Assembly: GCA_963812605.1 (NCBI GenBank)
Contig: CAWEWF010000006.1
Location: forward strand, 64,001 to 128,000
Reading direction: 5' to 3'
Length of the DNA: 64,000 nucleotides
Source: an uncultured Verrucomicrobiae bacterium
GTDB lineage: Bacteria; Verrucomicrobiota; Verrucomicrobiia; Palsa-1439
Shown piece after piece: positions 23,433-33,920 of the stretch. A program made the position numbers and the translations under genes. The notes under the pieces were generated by a model. The model searched no databases and was not told the DNA's origin. It saw only the letters and a program-made list of their open reading frames with translations. The first letter of the stretch is position 1. Every line of letters starts with the position of its first letter.

Positions 23433-23453
23433 ATCAGACGTCCCAGGAATCAG

Positions 23454-24185
23454 TCACTCCGTGACCAGCGTGCCGATGGTTTCGCCGAGGAGGACGCGCT
23501 TGATATTGCCGCGCTTGAAGAGGTTGAAGACGACGATCGGGATCTTGTTGTCCATGCACAGGGAAAATGCCGTGGAATCCATCACGTTGAGCCGGCCCTT
23601 CAAGGCGTCCATGTAGCTGAGTTTGTCGTACTTCGTTGCGGTCGGGTCTTTTTTCGGATCCGCCGTGTACACCCCCTCCACTTTCGTCGCCTTGAGCAGG
23701 ACGTCCGCGCCGATCTCGCTGGCGCGCAACGCGGCGGTGGTGTCGGTGGAAAAATACGGGTTGCCGGTGCCAGCCGCGAAAATGACCACGCGGCCTTTTT
23801 CCAGGTGCCGCATCGCGCGACGGCGGATGAACGGTTCGGCCACGGCGCGCATCTCGATGGCGGATTGCACGCGGGTGTGGACGCCGTTCTTCTCGAAAGC
23901 GTCCTGGAGCGCCAGGGCGTTGATCACGGTGGCGAGCATGCCCATGTAATCGCCGGTGGTGCGGTCGAGCCCGTGTTTGGTGCCCGCGATCCCGCGAAAG
24001 ATGTTGCCGCCGCCGATGACCACCGCCAGATGGACATCAAGCTCGGTGACTTCCTTGATTTCCTGCGCGATGGAGTCGCAGGTTTCCGGTGAGATGCCGT
24101 GCTCGCGCGGACCTAGCAGCGCTTCGCCGCTCAACTTCAACATCACGCGCCGATATTTGGGCGGCGGTGCGGATGTCGTTGTCAT
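23454..24185 (-). CDS. pyrH: UMP kinase
   Basis: [24 protein letters not shown]. Confidence 0.97.
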   Translation of the reverse strand: MTTTSAPPPKYRRVMLKLSGEALLGPREHGISPETCDSIAQEIKEVTELDVHLAVVIGGGNIFRGIAGTKHGLDRTTGDYMGMLATVINALALQDAFEKNGVHTRVQSAIEMRAVAEPFIRRRAMRHLEKGRVVIFAAGTGNPYFSTDTTAALRASEIGADVLLKATKVEGVYTADPKKDPTATKYDKLSYMDALKGRLNVMDSTAFSLCMDNKIPIVVFNLFKRGNIKRVLLGETIGTLVTE

Positions 24186-24203
24186 CCTGGTAGTCTCCGT
24201 GAC

Positions 24204-24836
24204 TCAGGTTGTCGGTGTCGAGTCCAAAACTTCCTCACCCAACTGCCAGCGGGTGAAGCGCCGAATGACGATGTTTTCCTTCAACTGCGCGATCTTCGCC
24301 GTGATGTGGTCTTTGATGGTGACCTCGGGGTCCTTCACAAACGGTTGCTCCAGCAGGCAAACGGTCGAGTAAAACTTCTCCAGTTTGCCCGCAACGATCT
24401 TCTCGACTGCCTGCGGCGGCTTGTCCTTCACCTGGGCGAGATAGATTTCTTTCTCGCCGTCAACGATGACCGCGGGAACATCTTCACGTTTCACGTAGCT
24501 GGGGTTGGCCGCGGCGATGTGCTGCGTGATGTCCTTGACGAGTTCGCGGAAGCTCTCATTGCGCGCGACAAAGTCGGTCTCACAGTTGATTTCCACCAGG
24601 ACGCCGAGTTTGCTGCCGTGATGGATGTAGCTGGCGATGCAGCCTTCATTGGCGGTGCGCGACGCTTTCTTGCCGGCATCAGCCTTGCCCTTCTTGCGGA
24701 GAATCTTCTCGGCCTCGGCGAGGTCGCCCTTGGCTTCCTGCAGGGCCACTTTGCAGTCCATCATGCCCGCGCCGGTCTTGTCGCGCAGTTCTTTCACGAG
24801 CTTGGAGTCAATTGCTTGCATGGTTGTCGTAGTCAT
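24204..24836 (-). CDS. tsf: Elongation factor Ts (short form)
   Basis: VKELRDKTGAGMMDCK, EINCETDFVA. Confidence 0.96.
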   Translation of the reverse strand: MTTTTMQAIDSKLVKELRDKTGAGMMDCKVALQEAKGDLAEAEKILRKKGKADAGKKASRTANEGCIASYIHHGSKLGVLVEINCETDFVARNESFRELVKDITQHIAAANPSYVKREDVPAVIVDGEKEIYLAQVKDKPPQAVEKIVAGKLEKFYSTVCLLEQPFVKDPEVTIKDHITAKIAQLKENIVIRRFTRWQLGEEVLDSTPTT

Positions 24837-24861
24837 CTTGATTTCTGGCGTCGTAAGCGGC

Positions 24862-25650
24862 CTAGGCTGAGACGGCTGACTCCACCGGAACCAATACGGG
24901 CTCGACGGGCGGCGGGGCAGCTTCCACGGGCACCGGCGCGGGTGCGGGTGCGGGATACTTCTTGCCCAGTTCAGCCTGTGCTTCGGCAATGGTGTTGGCG
25001 ATCACGTTCGTGATCAGTTTGACCGCGCGAATGGCGTCGTCGTTCCCGGCAATCGGGTACGTGGCCTGATCGGGGTCGCAATTGGTGTCCACGACGGCAA
25101 TGATCGGGATGCCGAGGCGCTTGGCCTCGTGGATCGCGATGGCCTCGCGCATGATGTCGATCACGAACATCGCGGCGGGCGCCCGCTCCATTTTCACGAT
25201 GCCGTCGAGGTTGCGGTGCAGTTTGTTTTGTTCACGACGAAGGAATGCGACTTCTTTTTTCGGCAGATGTTCGCCCTCGGGCGACACGAGGAGACGGTCG
25301 ATTTCCTGCATCCGCTTGACGCTGTTGCGGATGGTGCGCAGATTCGTCAGGGTGCCGCCGAGCCAGCGGTCCACCACGTACGGCATGTTGGTGCGCGTGG
25401 CCGCTTCCTTGACTTCTTGTTGCGCTTGTTTCTTGGTGCCGACGAACAGCACGGAGCCCCCATTGAGCACGATCTCGTGAAGAAAACCGCAGGCGATCTC
25501 GATCTGGGTGAGGGTCTTGTTGAGGTCGATGACGTGAATTCCGTTACGGGCGGCGAAAATGAACTTTTTCATCTTGGGGTTCCACCGCTTGGTCTGATGA
25601 CCGAAATGAACCCCGGCTTCCAACAACTCTTCCACAGTTACGCTGGGCAA
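24862..25650 (-). CDS. rpsB: 30S ribosomal protein S2
   Basis: LLEAGVHFGHQTKRWNPKM; GGAGG RBS before TTG. Confidence 0.97.
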   Translation of the reverse strand: MPSVTVEELLEAGVHFGHQTKRWNPKMKKFIFAARNGIHVIDLNKTLTQIEIACGFLHEIVLNGGSVLFVGTKKQAQQEVKEAATRTNMPYVVDRWLGGTLTNLRTIRNSVKRMQEIDRLLVSPEGEHLPKKEVAFLRREQNKLHRNLDGIVKMERAPAAMFVIDIMREAIAIHEAKRLGIPIIAVVDTNCDPDQATYPIAGNDDAIRAVKLITNVIANTIAEAQAELGKKYPAPAPAPVPVEAAPPPVEPVLVPVESAVSA

Positions 25651-25850
25651 TGTATCCTCCGTAGTTTCATCCCGCAGCCGCACGACTTTTCATGGCGCGA
25701 GACATCCAGTCATTAAACGACTGGATTTTGGTTCAGTGTTTTTATGTCCCGAATCCCTTCGGAACGGTTCGCTCCTGCCGCGAACACTCGTGGCAGGACT
25801 AATCATAGTAATCGGCCAGACAGCCGCTTTGCAAGCGGAAAAGGGCGGTG

Positions 25851-27015
25851 TTACCGGGGGACGGAACCGCCCAGATTGGGCAGGAAATTTCGCGCGGCGG
25901 AGTCGTCGTACGAAAAGAGGACGAAACCCGGCGCGCCGAGCTGGCGGGTCATGGTGATTTGCGCCGACAACTGGCTCAGGCGGTCGAACTTCCAACTGCC
26001 GATGCCGACGACCACCTTGCGTCGCGGCGCCCACGTCTGTTCCTTTTGCACCTTGGCTTCAAAATCGCGCAAATCAGGGCATGTACGTCATCGTGCAAAC
26101 ATAATCCACGTACCCGCGGTCGAGCCAGAGCTTCCAGTCCTGGGCCTTTTCTTCGCGCGCGCGATCGAGGTCGGAGAAGACGGCGGCCGACACCGTCAGG
26201 TTTGGCCGGGCCTGTCGCGCCCGGGCGGAGAGGTCTTCGATCCAGGTGTTGATGACGTGTTGCCGCCAGTCGTTAAACTGCGCGACGTACGCGCCCTGCA
26301 GCACGGCTTCCGGCCAGCGTTTCACGTGCGTGCCGATACTGCGCTCAAATTCGCGGCGGCAATTGGCGCAGAAGCAGGAAGGCTGTTCGCAAAAGCGGAT
26401 GTAGTCGAATTGGATGCCGTCGACGGGATACCTCTTCACCATTTCCGTCACGGACGAGGCGATCAGCGCGCGGTTGGCTTCCTGCGAGGGACACAGCCAT
26501 GTGAAACCCGCCTGCATGACCGGGCGACCGTCGGGTCCGCGCATCACGCGGTCCGCCGCGACCAATTCCCGTTGATATTCAGGAGGCGCTTTGAACATGA
26601 ACGTAACGATTTGTTTGGCGTGCACCGCCAGCCCGCGCCGATGCGCCAACTCGATGCCGCGCGCCACCGGGTCGGGCGAACCGCTGACGATGCTGGGGAG
26701 AGCCCGGCTGTTTGGATAGAACGCCGCGCCACCGGAAGCCAGGTTGGCATAAATCGTATTAAAACCCGCGCGCTGCAGGTTCGCCGTCGCGCTGTCCCAG
26801 TCCAGCCGCATGGTGTCGCTGACCCAGACGCCGCGGACTTCAGGTGCGCGCGTCGGACGCAACACCGGCGCTGGCACCGGCCTCAGCTCCGGCGGCGGTG
26901 GTGGCGGCAGATTCGCAACGCTCGGGTGATGCGCTACCGTGCAAGAGCCGAATAACAAAATGACGCCGTAGGCGACAATCAGCGCGCCTGCGGGAAAGTT
27001 CCCCAACCTCCTCAT
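25851..27015 (-). CDS. GHL10/DUF187 glycoside hydrolase-like lipoprotein (frameshift at ~26077)
   Basis: PEVRGVWV, YPVDGIQFDYIRF, QDWKLWLDRG; C-terminus continues in ORF 25851-26072 after an extra C in ATGCCCTGA. Confidence 0.8.
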
Positions 27016-27132
27016 ATTCCTCCCTGTAACCGGAAGCACGGCAACGAGCTTGTGCGCTCCAGAAGTCGCGGCACTATAAGTGGAATCCCGTGATGTTGCC
27101 AAATGAAATGTTTGCTGTTACAACGGCCTTCG

Positions 27133-27987
27133 ATGCTTGGCAAACTTTCCATCCTCGGCCCCGGGCTTTTGGGCGGTTCCATCGGCCTTGCGGCCCGACA
27201 GCGGAAGGTCGCCAAGCGGGTGGTCATATGGGCGCGCCGTCCCGATGCCGCGGACCAGGCCTACAAGCTCGGGGCGGCGGATGAAGCGGTCACCGACCTG
27301 GCGAAAGCGGTCGCGGACGCGGAACTGGTCGTGCTGGCCACGCCGATCGGGGCCATGCGCGCGCTCGCCGAGCAGATGCGCCCTGCCCTGCCCGCAGGCT
27401 GCATCGTGACCGATGTCGGCAGCGTCAAATACACCGTTGTGACCGCGCTTTCCGACGCGTTGCAGGGCCAGGCCCGGTTCGTCGGCTCCCATCCGATGGC
27501 GGGCTCGGAACAATCCGGCATCGATGCCGCGCGGCGCGATCTCTTCGACAAAGCCGTCTGCATCGTCACCCCGCGCGAGGACACGGACAAGGCGGCGCTG
27601 AATGTGGTTTACGATTTTTGGAAGGCGCTCGGCTGCTCGGTCAAGACGCTCGCGCCGCTGGAACACGACGAGATGGTCGCGCGTACCAGCCATTTGCCGC
27701 ACGTCGTCGCCGCCGCGGTCGTCAACGTCGTCTGCAACAACGGCGACAAGCCGCTAAACTTTGTCGGCCCCGGTTTCAAGGATTTCACCCGCATCGCCAG
27801 CGGCCCCTTTGAGATGTGGACGGAAATCTGCCTCGAAAACCGCGAGGAAGTAGGCCGCGCGCTCGATCAGTTAATCGAGGAACTCGCCAAGGTCCGCGCC
27901 GCGGTCGAAAACTCCGACGCCGTCGAGTTGCGCACGATGCTGAAACGGGCCAAACATTTTCGGGATGAGCTGAGGTTCAAGGTATGA
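27133..27987 (+). CDS. tyrA: Prephenate dehydrogenase
   Basis: GPGLLGGS Rossmann motif, DVGSVK, HPMAGSE, SHLPH. Confidence 0.93.
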   Translation: MLGKLSILGPGLLGGSIGLAARQRKVAKRVVIWARRPDAADQAYKLGAADEAVTDLAKAVADAELVVLATPIGAMRALAEQMRPALPAGCIVTDVGSVKYTVVTALSDALQGQARFVGSHPMAGSEQSGIDAARRDLFDKAVCIVTPREDTDKAALNVVYDFWKALGCSVKTLAPLEHDEMVARTSHLPHVVAAAVVNVVCNNGDKPLNFVGPGFKDFTRIASGPFEMWTEICLENREEVGRALDQLIEELAKVRAAVENSDAVELRTMLKRAKHFRDELRFKV

Positions 27988-28003
27988 AAGCTTTTCTCCG
28001 CGA

Positions 28004-28320
28004 TGTCATTCTGAGCGCAGCGAGCCGAGTCAGACGAGACGCCGCTGTTGTTTGCGGCAAGGGTCTGGCTCGAATGCGGTCTAGAACCCATCTCATAAGT
28101 GGTGGGACAGGCCTCTGTGCCTGTCATACCCCATCGACACAGGGTAAGTGCCCTAATTTGGAGGGCCACGCTCTGTCGTGGCCGCCTGGAGCAAACGGAC
28201 GCGCGGGAGCGCGTCCCTCCAAACGACAAATTAGGACACTACCCGACACAGGCAGGGACGCCTGTGCCACCAACGGTTTATGGGACTATTTCTAGATTCT
28301 TCGCTTCGCTCAGAATGACA
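28004..28320. repeat. Nested composite of several REP/REPIN families
   Basis: At least four concentric inverted pairs (see findings). Confidence 0.85.
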
Positions 28321-28331
28321 TGCTTTTGCCA

Positions 28332-29570
28332 ATGAAACCGCTCTCTGATCCATACGAAATCAAGCCGTTGGCAAAGCCACGGGATTGCACAATCACGGTG
28401 CCCGGTTCCAAGAGCATCACGAATCGCGCATTGATTCTGGCCGCACTCGCAAGGGGAGGATGCATGCTGCGCGGCGCGTTGTGGGCTGACGATACACAGG
28501 TGATGGTGGATTCGCTGAACAAGCTAGGGATTAAGACTACGCACTCCGAACCGGACGAGAATTCTAACTGCGACATCGAAGTTGAAGGTCAGGACGGCAG
28601 AATTCCCGAACCTAAAGCGAACCTGTACGTCGGCAACGCTGGCACCGCAGCTCGTTTCTTAACTGCGCTGGTCTGTCTGGGCCACGGCGAGTACAAGATT
28701 AGCGGCGATGCGCGAATGCATGAGCGGCCAATGAAAGAGCTTTTCGACGCCCTTTGCTCACTTGGTGCGAACATTGAGACGAAAGATGGCCATCTGCCTG
28801 CAACGATCCATGCAAGAGGGCTGAAAAAAAAGGGCCAAATTACTATTAGCTTGGCACGGAGTAGTCAATTCCTCAGCGCGCTTTTGCTTATTTCAGGACG
28901 GATTGATCTGAACGTCAACGCCAGCATGGATAGTGAAGCCGAGTCATATGTAACCATGACCCAACTGTTGAGAGATCATTTTGACAACCCTCTAGGCCAT
29001 TCCGATTTTTTTATTGAACCGGATTTATCGAGCGCATCGTATTTTTTAGCGATTGGCCGTTTATTTTCGGACCAAGGCGGAAATGTAGAAATTGCGGGTT
29101 GGAGAGAACTGACCTACCCTCGTTTACAAATAGATAGCGAGTTTCCTACAATTTTACGCGATCTTTTCGCTTCATCGCCCGCCTCCTCCGAATTCCGAGT
29201 CTCCCGCGCGATTCACTTGGGCGACAGCATAATGACATTGGCAATTTGCGCGCTGTTTGCAAAGCAGCCACTGCGGATTTATGACGCGGCGAGGTTACGG
29301 CTGCAGGAGACAGATCGCATTAAGGCAATGGTCACGGAGTTGCAACGTGTTGGGGCGAAGGCGGAGGAGCATGAGGATGGCTTCACGGTTTGGCCTGCCG
29401 AACCCGGCCAACTCCACGGCGCGGACATTGAAACTTACGATGACCATCGGATGGCGATGTGTTTTTCTGTGTTAGGATTGAAAGTTCCGGGCATTCGGAT
29501 TAAGAATCCCGGTTGTGTGAGCAAAACGTTTCCAAATTTCTTCGAGAAACTGGAGCAACTGCGACAGTGA
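28332..29570 (+). CDS. aroA: EPSP synthase
   Basis: PGSKSITNR, GNAGTAARF, RLQETDRI, DHRMAM. Confidence 0.95.
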   Translation: MKPLSDPYEIKPLAKPRDCTITVPGSKSITNRALILAALARGGCMLRGALWADDTQVMVDSLNKLGIKTTHSEPDENSNCDIEVEGQDGRIPEPKANLYVGNAGTAARFLTALVCLGHGEYKISGDARMHERPMKELFDALCSLGANIETKDGHLPATIHARGLKKKGQITISLARSSQFLSALLLISGRIDLNVNASMDSEAESYVTMTQLLRDHFDNPLGHSDFFIEPDLSSASYFLAIGRLFSDQGGNVEIAGWRELTYPRLQIDSEFPTILRDLFASSPASSEFRVSRAIHLGDSIMTLAICALFAKQPLRIYDAARLRLQETDRIKAMVTELQRVGAKAEEHEDGFTVWPAEPGQLHGADIETYDDHRMAMCFSVLGLKVPGIRIKNPGCVSKTFPNFFEKLEQLRQ

Positions 29571-30286
29571 GCCTTCCCCCAACCGACAAAACCGTGGTGG
29601 TGGCGGTGGACGGGCCCGCTGCCAGCGGCAAGAGCACCGTGTCGCGGGCGTTGGCCCGGATGCTGGGCTACAACTATGTCGATACCGGGGCGATGTACCG
29701 CGCCATTACCTGGAAGGCGCTGCAGGAAGGCATCGACGTTGAGGACGCGATTGCGGTGATCGCGATGATGCACCGAATCAAGATCGCTTTTGAGATCGTC
29801 GACCACCAGGCGCACATGCTGATTGACGGCATTTATCCGGGCGAGGCCGTTCGCGACCCGCGCGTGACGGAGAAAGTCTCGACCATCGCGGCCATGCCCG
29901 AGGTGCGCCAGGTCCTCGTACAACATCAACGTTCGCTGACGAAACTCGGCAGCCTGGTGATGGAAGGACGCGACATCGGGACGGTGGTGTTTCCCAATAC
30001 GCCCTACAAATTCTATCTCGAAGCCAGCCCGGAAGTGCGGGCGCGGCGGCGCAAGCGAGACCTGGAGGCGATGAAGATCGACGCCAGCCATGACGGCGTG
30101 AAGGAAGCGCTCCAGCGCCGCGACAAAAAGGACACGGGCCGCAGCACGTCGCCATTGCAGATCGCGCTCGGCGCGACCGTGATCGAGAACTCGAATTTGT
30201 CGGTCGAAGAAAACGCCAAGGTGCTGCTGGACCACATTCGCCAGCAAGGCCAGCGCCGCGGCAGCTTCGGCGTCGGCGGCGCGTGA
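29567..30286 (+). CDS. cmk: Cytidylate kinase
   Basis: DGPAASGKST, DTGAMYRA, EGRDIGTVVFP. Confidence 0.96.
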   Translation: MSLPPTDKTVVVAVDGPAASGKSTVSRALARMLGYNYVDTGAMYRAITWKALQEGIDVEDAIAVIAMMHRIKIAFEIVDHQAHMLIDGIYPGEAVRDPRVTEKVSTIAAMPEVRQVLVQHQRSLTKLGSLVMEGRDIGTVVFPNTPYKFYLEASPEVRARRRKRDLEAMKIDASHDGVKEALQRRDKKDTGRSTSPLQIALGATVIENSNLSVEENAKVLLDHIRQQGQRRGSFGVGGA

Positions 30287-30290
30287 GCGC

Positions 30291-30929
30291 ATGAGGCAAC
30301 TCTGGTACCGGTTCTGCCGTGTCTGGTTTCGCCTCTACTTTTATTTGTATCATCGCGGCCGCGTCTATAACACCGAGCGGCTTCCCGCGGAGGGGGCGTT
30401 CATCCTGGCGGGGAACCACGTCAGCTTTCTCGACCCGCCATTTTTCGGGCTGGCCTGCCAGCGTGACGCCTATTTCATGGCGCGCGACACCCTCTTTCGC
30501 AATCCGCTGGCGAATTGGATTCTGCGGAGTTGGCACTGCGTGCCCATCAGTCGCGACCGCGGCGACATCGGCGCCATGCGGACCGTGTTGCGCATGCTCG
30601 GCGAAGGCAAAGCGGTATTGATGTTTCCCGAAGGCACGCGCAGCGAGGACGGCGGGCTTCAGGAGCCGCGCGCGGGCATCGGCATGATCGCAGCGCGGGC
30701 GAAAGTTCCGATCGTCCCCATGCGCATCTTCGGCACAGACCGCGCGCTGCCGCGGGGGACGAGTTTTCCCCGGCCCACGCGCGTGGAGATCAAGTTTGGC
30801 GATCCATTCCTCTATCCGCTGCCCGCGGATTTCGAGAAACTGCGCGGCGATGCGGTCAAGGCGGTCTACCTCGACATCGGGCGCGAAATCATGCGACGGA
30901 TTGCCGTTCTGGAGCCTCGGACCGAATAA
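30291..30929 (+). CDS. plsC: 1-acyl-sn-glycerol-3-phosphate acyltransferase
   Basis: NHVSFLD and FPEGTRS motifs. Confidence 0.9.
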   Translation: MRQLWYRFCRVWFRLYFYLYHRGRVYNTERLPAEGAFILAGNHVSFLDPPFFGLACQRDAYFMARDTLFRNPLANWILRSWHCVPISRDRGDIGAMRTVLRMLGEGKAVLMFPEGTRSEDGGLQEPRAGIGMIAARAKVPIVPMRIFGTDRALPRGTSFPRPTRVEIKFGDPFLYPLPADFEKLRGDAVKAVYLDIGREIMRRIAVLEPRTE

Positions 30930-31069
30930 AACGGATTGAGTGGCGACGCACATTACGCGAGTCGAATCGAAGCCGCCCTCAGCCGAAAAATAAGCGGTCG
31001 AAATGAGAGTCGGCTGTGCCCCCTCCTTGTGAGGCGCAGCCGACTCTCTTTCCCATCGGCCACCCGCTA

Positions 31070-31342
31070 TCACGGGGTGGATGGCCCCGGCGAAGGTGCG
31101 GTCGACGGCGGATTGGTTGTTGCTTGCGAGGCATCCGGCATTGGCGTCGGGGCCGGTGCTTCGTTCGTGGAAACGGAATTTGTCATTGGCGGGGACGTTG
31201 CGGTTTCCGGCGTATTATTCACGCTGGATGAGCTATTGGTAGACGGCAGGGTGGAGGTGTCCGTCTGCTGGTTGCATCCGCACAAGGCTGCTCCCACCAG
31301 GACACTGGCCACCGCGATTTGAACCTTTCCAGAGGGTTTCAT
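31070..31342 (-). CDS. Small Pro/Ser/Thr-rich lipoprotein
   Basis: Signal peptide with lipobox-like LCGC, low-complexity tail. Confidence 0.7.
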   Translation of the reverse strand: MKPSGKVQIAVASVLVGAALCGCNQQTDTSTLPSTNSSSSVNNTPETATSPPMTNSVSTNEAPAPTPMPDASQATTNPPSTAPSPGPSTP

Positions 31343-31571
31343 TTTCGTCCTTTCGTGTGGCTTTCTCCATATTATTTCGAGAACAGCCTAAAGGGAGAGA
31401 AGTAGTCAAACAATCGGCGTTCATTCGGATTCTCGCCTAGGAAGGAATCTGGCATGCGACCCTGCCAGAAAGGACTTGCTACGACTGGCTCCGGGCCTTA
31501 TAGTTCCTCGTCTCTTCAGCATTCCGCACCATCGTTGTGCCTTGCCAGAGGCAGGAGAAATAATCAGTCTA

Positions 31572-33239
31572 ATGTCGAATTCAATGGAGAAACTCTTTTC
31601 CGAGGTGAAGGAATTCACCGAGGGAATGCTTGTGAAAGGGCGCGTCCTCGAGGTGCGTCCGAATGAAGTGTTGGTGGATATTGGTTACAAGTCCGAGGGC
31701 TCGATTTCGCTCTCGGAATTCGATGAGCCCGAGACCGTCAAACAGGGCGATGAGATCGAAGTACTGTTGGAGAGCCTCGAGGACGACGACGGCATGGTCG
31801 TGTTGTCCTTCGCCCGCGCCGAGCAGAAGAAGAATTGGGACCGCATCGTCACAATTTGCACCGAGGGCGGCACCATCGACGGGAAGGTCCGCGGCAAGGT
31901 CAAGGGCGGTTTGATGGTCAACATCGGCGTCGACGCCTTCCTCCCCGCCTCGCAGATTGACGTGATTCCCCCGCGCAATCTCGACGAGTACATGGGCAAG
32001 ACTTTCAAATTCAAAGTCGTCAAGATCAACCAGGAGCGCCATAACATCGTTCTCTCACGGCGCGAGTTGATCGAGCAGGAACGGGAAGACAAGCGCCGCA
32101 CGCTGCTGTCGAGCATGCAGGTCGGCCAGATCCGCACCGGCGGGGTCAAGAACCTCACGGACTTTGGCGCGTTCATCGATCTCGACGGCCTCGACGGATT
32201 GCTCCACATCACCGATATGAGCTGGGGCCGCATCAATCATCCCTCCGAGTTGCTTAAAGTCGGCGAGACGATTGAGGTCATGATTCTGGAAGTTGATCGC
32301 GAGAAGGAACGCGTTTCGCTTGGCCTCAAGCAGCGGAACCGCAATCCCTGGGACAACGTCGAAGTCAAATATCCCGTGGGCAGCAAGGTGCGCGGCAAGG
32401 TCGTCAGCGTCGTGCCGTACGGCGCCTTCGTCCAGTTGGAGGACGGGGTCGAAGGCATGGTGCACGTCTCCGAGCTTTCGTGGACCAAGCGCGTAGCGCG
32501 GGCTTCTGATGTGTTGAAGGTGGGCGAGGAAATCGACGCGCTCGTGCTCGAGATCAAGCGCGAGGAACAGAAAATATCCCTCGGCATTCGCCAGCTCGAA
32601 GCCAATCCGTGGTCGCAAGTGCCCAAGAAATATCCGCCGGGCACGAAGATCACAGGCAAGGTGCGCAACCTCACGAATTTCGGCGCGTTTGTCGAAATCG
32701 AGGAAGGGATCGACGGCATGGTGCACGTCTCCGATATGTCGTGGTCGCGCAAGGTCACGAATCCCGCCGAACTGTTGAAAAAGGGCCAGACCGTCGAGGC
32801 CGTCGTGCTCGAAGTGGACAGCGGCAACCAGCGCGTTTCGCTCGGCATGAAACAACTGGAAGACGATCCATGGCGGAGCATCGACCAGCGTTACAAGATG
32901 GGCGATCTCGTGAAGGGCAAAGTCGTCAAGCTCGCGTCATTTGGCGCGTTCATCGAATTGCCCGACAAGCTCGAAGGTCTCGTCCACATCTCGCAGATCA
33001 GCGAGGATCATATCGACAAGATCAAGAATGTGCTCAAGGTAGGCGACGAAGTTTCTGCTCGCGTCATCAAGGTGGATGCTCCCGAGCGGCGCATCGGTCT
33101 GAGCATCAAGGCCGCCAATTACAGCACCGACCAACTCGAGGCCGAGAAAGAGCAGTATGAAGCCGCGCTCAAGCCGGGAGAGGCCATCGTCGATCTCGAG
33201 CACGCGTTCGAGCAGGCCGAAGAGGAGAAAAACCAGTAG
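31572..33239 (+). CDS. rpsA: 30S ribosomal protein S1
   Basis: Six S1 repeats (DFGAFIDL, GLLHITDMSW). Confidence 0.97.
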   Translation: MSNSMEKLFSEVKEFTEGMLVKGRVLEVRPNEVLVDIGYKSEGSISLSEFDEPETVKQGDEIEVLLESLEDDDGMVVLSFARAEQKKNWDRIVTICTEGGTIDGKVRGKVKGGLMVNIGVDAFLPASQIDVIPPRNLDEYMGKTFKFKVVKINQERHNIVLSRRELIEQEREDKRRTLLSSMQVGQIRTGGVKNLTDFGAFIDLDGLDGLLHITDMSWGRINHPSELLKVGETIEVMILEVDREKERVSLGLKQRNRNPWDNVEVKYPVGSKVRGKVVSVVPYGAFVQLEDGVEGMVHVSELSWTKRVARASDVLKVGEEIDALVLEIKREEQKISLGIRQLEANPWSQVPKKYPPGTKITGKVRNLTNFGAFVEIEEGIDGMVHVSDMSWSRKVTNPAELLKKGQTVEAVVLEVDSGNQRVSLGMKQLEDDPWRSIDQRYKMGDLVKGKVVKLASFGAFIELPDKLEGLVHISQISEDHIDKIKNVLKVGDEVSARVIKVDAPERRIGLSIKAANYSTDQLEAEKEQYEAALKPGEAIVDLEHAFEQAEEEKNQ

Positions 33240-33263
33240 CCGTTTCACCTCGAATCTAGTACA

Positions 33264-33307
33264 AGAAACCCAGCCCCGAAAGCTTTCGGGGCTGGGTTTC
33301 TGTTTTT
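33264..33307. terminator. Intrinsic terminator between convergent rpsA and hicA
   Basis: Perfect palindrome AGAAACCCAGCCCCGAAAGCTTTCGGGGCTGGGTTTCT followed by a T-rich tract. Confidence 0.85.
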
Positions 33308-33323
33308 ATACTCAGCCGAATGC

Positions 33324-33554
33324 TTAGAATCTCTTGAAATAAAAATCGTCGCGATTGATGCCAAGGTCTTCGACGATGTCGGCGATTATCCCGCGCGGTA
33401 CGTCACCGGGGTGGTAGGCGAACGTGATCAAGCGGTCGGAACGAAATGGATTGGAGTAATGACGATGGCTGCCACTGGTTCGCACGAGCACACATCCGAT
33501 TTCGCGCAGACGCCGTTCCAATTGCCGGGAGTTGTAGGAAGGATACTTGCCCAC
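33324..33554 (-). CDS. hicA: HicA-family toxin
   Basis: LVRTSGSHRHY..HPGDVPRGIIADI. Confidence 0.88.
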   Translation of the reverse strand: MGKYPSYNSRQLERRLREIGCVLVRTSGSHRHYSNPFRSDRLITFAYHPGDVPRGIIADIVEDLGINRDDFYFKRF

Positions 33555-33556
33555 GG

Positions 33557-33775
33557 CTAAACCGTCAGGACAAATCGGTCACGGAACGCGGGCGGGATCG
33601 GTCGTCCGGTTTCAAGCAAAGCTTCCAAATGCACTTTGGCGGCCTCTTGGAATCGAAGTATAGCTTCGCCGCGGTCACGACCGTGTGCATGACAGCCCGG
33701 CAAAAGCCGCGACTTGGCAATCCACAAGCCGTCTTCGTCTCGGCGCACCTGCATTCTCGATATCGGAACAATCAT
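33557..33775 (-). CDS. hicB: HicB-family antitoxin (short, no DNA-binding domain)
   Basis: DEDGLWIA..LPGCHAHGRDRGEA..GRPIPP. Confidence 0.85.
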   Translation of the reverse strand: MIVPISRMQVRRDEDGLWIAKSRLLPGCHAHGRDRGEAILRFQEAAKVHLEALLETGRPIPPAFRDRFVLTV

Positions 33776-33920
33776 GCTTCGTGAACAATACCCGATGTCC
33801 CGTGCATGGTCAATGCCGCCCTCAGGGCCAATCGTGCAGAATATTTTCAGTCTGGCTTCATATAGCGGCTGGTAATTCAGCTTGCCGCGCTTGCCAAGCG
33901 CGGCTACAACACGTCGAGAC

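Noticed and set aside
25655-25830. Possible structured rpsB leader
   Set aside because: Hairpins are present and plausible, but I cannot match them to a known S2 leader without a covariance search.
27984-28335. ORFs 27984-28295 and 28099-28335
   Set aside because: They are translations of the nested repeats.
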